NCBI GenBank assembly: GCA_039815375.1
Contig: JBCBZJ010000003.1
Location: forward strand, 160,001-224,000
Direction of reading: 5' to 3'
DNA from: Verrucomicrobiota bacterium
Lineage (GTDB): Bacteria > Verrucomicrobiota > Verrucomicrobiia > Opitutales > Coraliomargaritaceae
DNA length: 64,000 bases
Positions 60,867-64,000 of the stretch are shown here, piece after piece. Made by a program: the position numbers and the translations under genes. The first letter of the stretch is position 1; each line of letters opens with the position of its first letter. The notes under the pieces were generated by a model that was given only the letters and a program-made list of their open reading frames with translations, was not told the DNA's origin and did not search any database.

Positions 60867-61886
60867 TCATTTCTGGAAGGAAGCATCAAATCGCGTAGGC
60901 AGGAACTTGAGTGGAGCGACTTCATCAACTGTCATTTCCTTGTCGAGAAGGCCAATTTCGCTGAGTGTGTTAATCTGGTCTTGTATCCTGCTTTCACGGA
61001 TCAGTCCGGTTTCGTCGATTTGATTCCTTCCGCTGATCAACGCGTTCTCCTTCATTGCGCTCAAACTATAAGCGAGAAACTCGTCAGTCATTTTTGGATT
61101 CAACGATGCGATTTCGGCATTCGCTTTTTCCCGAGGCCCTTTCATGTAGCTCTCCCATCCGCGGATTGATGCAGCAATGAATGCCTTTACGATCTCAGGC
61201 CGATTTGTGGCAAGCGCTCGGCTCGTGTAGATTACGCGGTAAGGATCAAAGCCTGTATCCGCAAGCAGGAGCGTCCGCGTCGGCGTGTCTTCCTTAGCCA
61301 TGTAATAAGGCTCGTTTGTGATAAAGCATTGTTGGATGAACTCCGGATCGCTGATAAATCGACTCATGCCGTAGTCGAGTGGAATGACGTCGACATCAAT
61401 GTCGAACTTCCGACGCAGGACATCGACAAAGACCGCTCCCGGTGTGGTCATGATCTTCTTTCCGTCGAGGTCGCCGAATTCTTTTACATCGCTGCCAGCG
61501 TGGACAAGCAGAGCTTGGGGATCGTGCTGCATAAATGAGCCGGTAATGACAAGAGGAACTCCGCGCGCCGACTGAATGATGATGTCGTCACTACGGCCGA
61601 TCGCAAAGTCGGCATTCTTGCTCGCTACCTTTTGGTAGGTCATCGCGTTCGGGCCGCCCTGATTGATGGTTACGCTAAGGCCAACTTCTTCATAGTAGCC
61701 TTCGGCTACGGCTTGGTAGAAGCCACCGTGCTCGGCTTGTGCATACCAATCGGTCTGCAGAACGATCCGGGTGAGCCCATTCTCGTCGGTTGTTTGCTTC
61801 TTCCCGCAGGCAGAAAACGCGAGCAAGATAAAGAGAGCAGTCGTGGTTCGAATGAGTGCTTGGATTTTGTTTTCGAAGATCTTCAT
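60867..61886 (-). CDS. NMT1/THI5-like ABC substrate-binding lipoprotein
   Basis: FSAC lipobox; QTDWYAQAEHGGFYQA...GYY...GL.V.I.QGGP. Confidence 0.9.
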   Translation of the reverse strand: MKIFENKIQALIRTTTALFILLAFSACGKKQTTDENGLTRIVLQTDWYAQAEHGGFYQAVAEGYYEEVGLSVTINQGGPNAMTYQKVASKNADFAIGRSDDIIIQSARGVPLVITGSFMQHDPQALLVHAGSDVKEFGDLDGKKIMTTPGAVFVDVLRRKFDIDVDVIPLDYGMSRFISDPEFIQQCFITNEPYYMAKEDTPTRTLLLADTGFDPYRVIYTSRALATNRPEIVKAFIAASIRGWESYMKGPREKANAEIASLNPKMTDEFLAYSLSAMKENALISGRNQIDETGLIRESRIQDQINTLSEIGLLDKEMTVDEVAPLKFLPTRFDASFQK

Positions 61887-61903
61887 GATCGGATGCAGGA
61901 TTG

Positions 61904-62725
61904 TTAGTTGACTTCGGACTTTCGAACCGAGTCGTGCCAGTTCTTAAGAAGATACCAGTGCAACAGGTTAACACAGCCCACGAAGATGAAGCCCAAAAGG
62001 CAGGCGACAAAAGCTGTGGCAAAGAGTTCTGGAATCTTCAGTTGCGAGTTGTAAACGATGACCATGAATCCGATGCCACCAACGCCACCCTGCGAGCTAC
62101 CGGCAAAAATATCTCCGGTAATTGCACCGATTGGAGCCAGTGTTCCCGCTATCTTCATCCCGGTCAGGAAGTAGGGCATCGCGTAGGGGACGCGCAGATA
62201 GATGATCTCCTGGGATTTTGTTGCGTTACACATTTCCATCAGGTCGAGCAGGTTTCGGTCAGTTGAGACAAGTCCCATCGTGGTGTTTGCGACGACAGGA
62301 AAGAACCCGATAAGAAATGTGATTACAGTGATACTGGGAACGCCCTGCCCGAACCAAAGCACGAAGATCGGTGCAAGAACGACTACCGGTGTCATCTGAA
62401 GAACAAGCACCCAAGGATAGAGGCTTTGCTTTACCCATACTGCTGAGGCAAGGATCATCGAGAGCACATAACCCACGACAACCGCCATCAAAAATCCCAG
62501 AACCGCAGTGAAGGCCGTCTGACTGGCAGATGCCAGAAGCACCGCTCGTTCGGCGATCAGTGCATCAAAAATCTGGTGCGGGAATGGAATGACAATGCGC
62601 TGGGTATCAAAGCCCTCCGCTTGGCCGTATGCATAGGAAATAGAATACCAAATCAGAAGAATCGCTGCGCCCGAGATGATCGGCAGCATCCAGAATTGAT
62701 TATGCTTCCAGATTTTCGTCACCAT
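61904..62725 (-). CDS. NitT/TauT-family ABC permease
   Basis: LQMTPVVVLAP...WFG.G, FFPVVANT..GL, LRVP.AMPY..TG. Confidence 0.92.
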   Translation of the reverse strand: MVTKIWKHNQFWMLPIISGAAILLIWYSISYAYGQAEGFDTQRIVIPFPHQIFDALIAERAVLLASASQTAFTAVLGFLMAVVVGYVLSMILASAVWVKQSLYPWVLVLQMTPVVVLAPIFVLWFGQGVPSITVITFLIGFFPVVANTTMGLVSTDRNLLDLMEMCNATKSQEIIYLRVPYAMPYFLTGMKIAGTLAPIGAITGDIFAGSSQGGVGGIGFMVIVYNSQLKIPELFATAFVACLLGFIFVGCVNLLHWYLLKNWHDSVRKSEVN

Positions 62726-62728
62726 AAA

Positions 62729-63502
62729 TCAGTGCACGGTTCGAATTGCATGTGAGACTCGAGCAACGTAGTCGAGATATTCGCGTGTCTCTCGCAGCTC
62801 GGCATTGCGTTCTTGAGGCAGGTCGATTTCGATGACTTCTGAAATTCGACCCGGGTTTGCCGCGAGGACGATAATCTTCGTCGACAGGAAAACCGCTTCG
62901 GCGGCAGAGTGCGTCACAAAAAAGGCGGTCCATTGGTCGCGGGCATGTATTTTCAAAAGATCCTCGTTCAGATAATCCCGCGTCATTTCGTCCAAAGCAC
63001 CAAACGGTTCGTCGAGGAGGAGGACCCGTGGCGAGAGCGTAAGAGATCTCGCGATGGAAACGCGCATCCGCATACCACCGGAAAGTTGCCAGGGGTAGCG
63101 ATCGGTTGCATGAGAGAGATTTACGAGATCGAGCATCTTTCTCGAGGTTTCAATCCTTCGGGATTTTTCGATGCCGCGAAGTTTGAGAGGCAGTTCAACG
63201 TTCCCCAGGACACGACGCCACGGGAGTAGGTTCGCCTCTTGAAAAATGAAGGACATTTCTTCGCGGGCATTTTTCGGAGTCATCCCATCCACCACGACAT
63301 TGCCCTCAGTGACCGAATATAGCCCGGCAATGATTTTCAAAAGCGTCGATTTGCCGCATCCACTTGGTCCAACCAAACTAATGAATGCACCTTTTTTCGC
63401 GCGGAAGTTGATGTTATCGAGGACGGTTGTGTCGCCGAAGCGTTTTACAACGGACTCTAATTTAACCATCAGGTGGTCGGAAAATGGGCTTGGATCGCTC
63501 AC
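62729..63502 (-). CDS. NitT/TauT-family ABC ATP-binding protein
   Basis: GPSGCGKSTLL, FQE..LLPW, LSGGMRMRVSIAR, LLDEPFGALD. Confidence 0.95.
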   Translation of the reverse strand: MSDPSPFSDHLMVKLESVVKRFGDTTVLDNINFRAKKGAFISLVGPSGCGKSTLLKIIAGLYSVTEGNVVVDGMTPKNAREEMSFIFQEANLLPWRRVLGNVELPLKLRGIEKSRRIETSRKMLDLVNLSHATDRYPWQLSGGMRMRVSIARSLTLSPRVLLLDEPFGALDEMTRDYLNEDLLKIHARDQWTAFFVTHSAAEAVFLSTKIIVLAANPGRISEVIEIDLPQERNAELRETREYLDYVARVSHAIRTVH

Positions 63503-63571
63503 GATCTAAGACGGACCACAACGGTCTTGTGTTCTACAACCATCTCGGTTCGTTCAATTTATATTTTCGGC

Positions 63572-64000
63572 TTAGGCGCTTGCTGCAGTCGTCGCAAACG
63601 GGTTTTTCTCGTAGGTTGCCATCTTCCCGGGATTCATGAGTGCCTTCGGGTCAACTTCATCTTTCAACGCACGCTTCTCGACAATGTCATCGTGCACACC
63701 ACCTCCTTCCATGGTGAAGGTGTGAGGATTTGCGACACCCACACCGATACTTTCGCAGTAGTCGATGATCTCATTGAGGCGCGCTTCGTTCTTATACCGG
63801 ATCAAGGGAATGCCGCCGACCGCCACACCGGTTTTCTCCTGTTTGAATTTTGAGTTTCCAAGCGTCAATTCGAGGTGCATCAAAAACTCGTCGCCGAACT
63901 TTGCCTTCAACTTGTCGAGATTACCTTTGTAGTCCTCTCCAAATCCGCACTGGAGATAGGTCATGCTCGGATCCGCCTTGATCGCCCAAAGGGTGGTGTG
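63572..64000 (-). CDS. FAD-binding oxidoreductase, C-terminal part (truncated by the window edge)
   Basis: Frame open to the edge (HTTLWAIKADPSMTYLQ); H.E, NPH, DP..LMNPGKM end typical of VAO/GlcD-family oxidases. Confidence 0.8.
   Translation of the reverse strand, partial: HTTLWAIKADPSMTYLQCGFGEDYKGNLDKLKAKFGDEFLMHLELTLGNSKFKQEKTGVAVGGIPLIRYKNEARLNEIIDYCESIGVGVANPHTFTMEGGGVHDDIVEKRALKDEVDPKALMNPGKMATYEKNPFATTAASA

Noticed and set aside
1..64000. CRISPR array, rRNA, IS transposase or integrase
   Set aside because: No regularly spaced repeats, and no DDE, HUH or tyrosine-recombinase motifs in the ORF track

Overview
A 64-kb bacterial chromosomal segment. PEP-CTERM proteins, A/C-rich leaders and gene content suggest Verrucomicrobiota (Opitutales-like), which is an inference. 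In order it contains: ppnP; a ~5-kb cassette-like stretch of minus-strand genes separated by attC-like sites, with no integrase in the window; polX; a four-gene cluster in which two HemS-like CxxC paralogues flank flavodoxin and NDH-2; an enlarged glutamate synthase large subunit followed by a CysJ-like diflavin reductase instead of gltD; fumC; a K+-channel/RND/TolC operon; a heme-uptake locus (TonB receptor, hmuTUV, split HugZ, two homologous surface proteins); an AraC regulator preceded by a candidate iron-regulated sRNA; a ~10.3-kb Rhs toxin/immunity module bounded by 81-bp direct repeats; a Fur-boxed siderophore-type receptor; rsmD; and an NMT1/THI5-type ABC + TonB receptor + cytochrome c + FAD-oxidoreductase cluster that runs off the right edge. 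No rRNA, complete tRNA, CRISPR array or transposase was seen. All family calls come from reading motifs by eye, without database searches.
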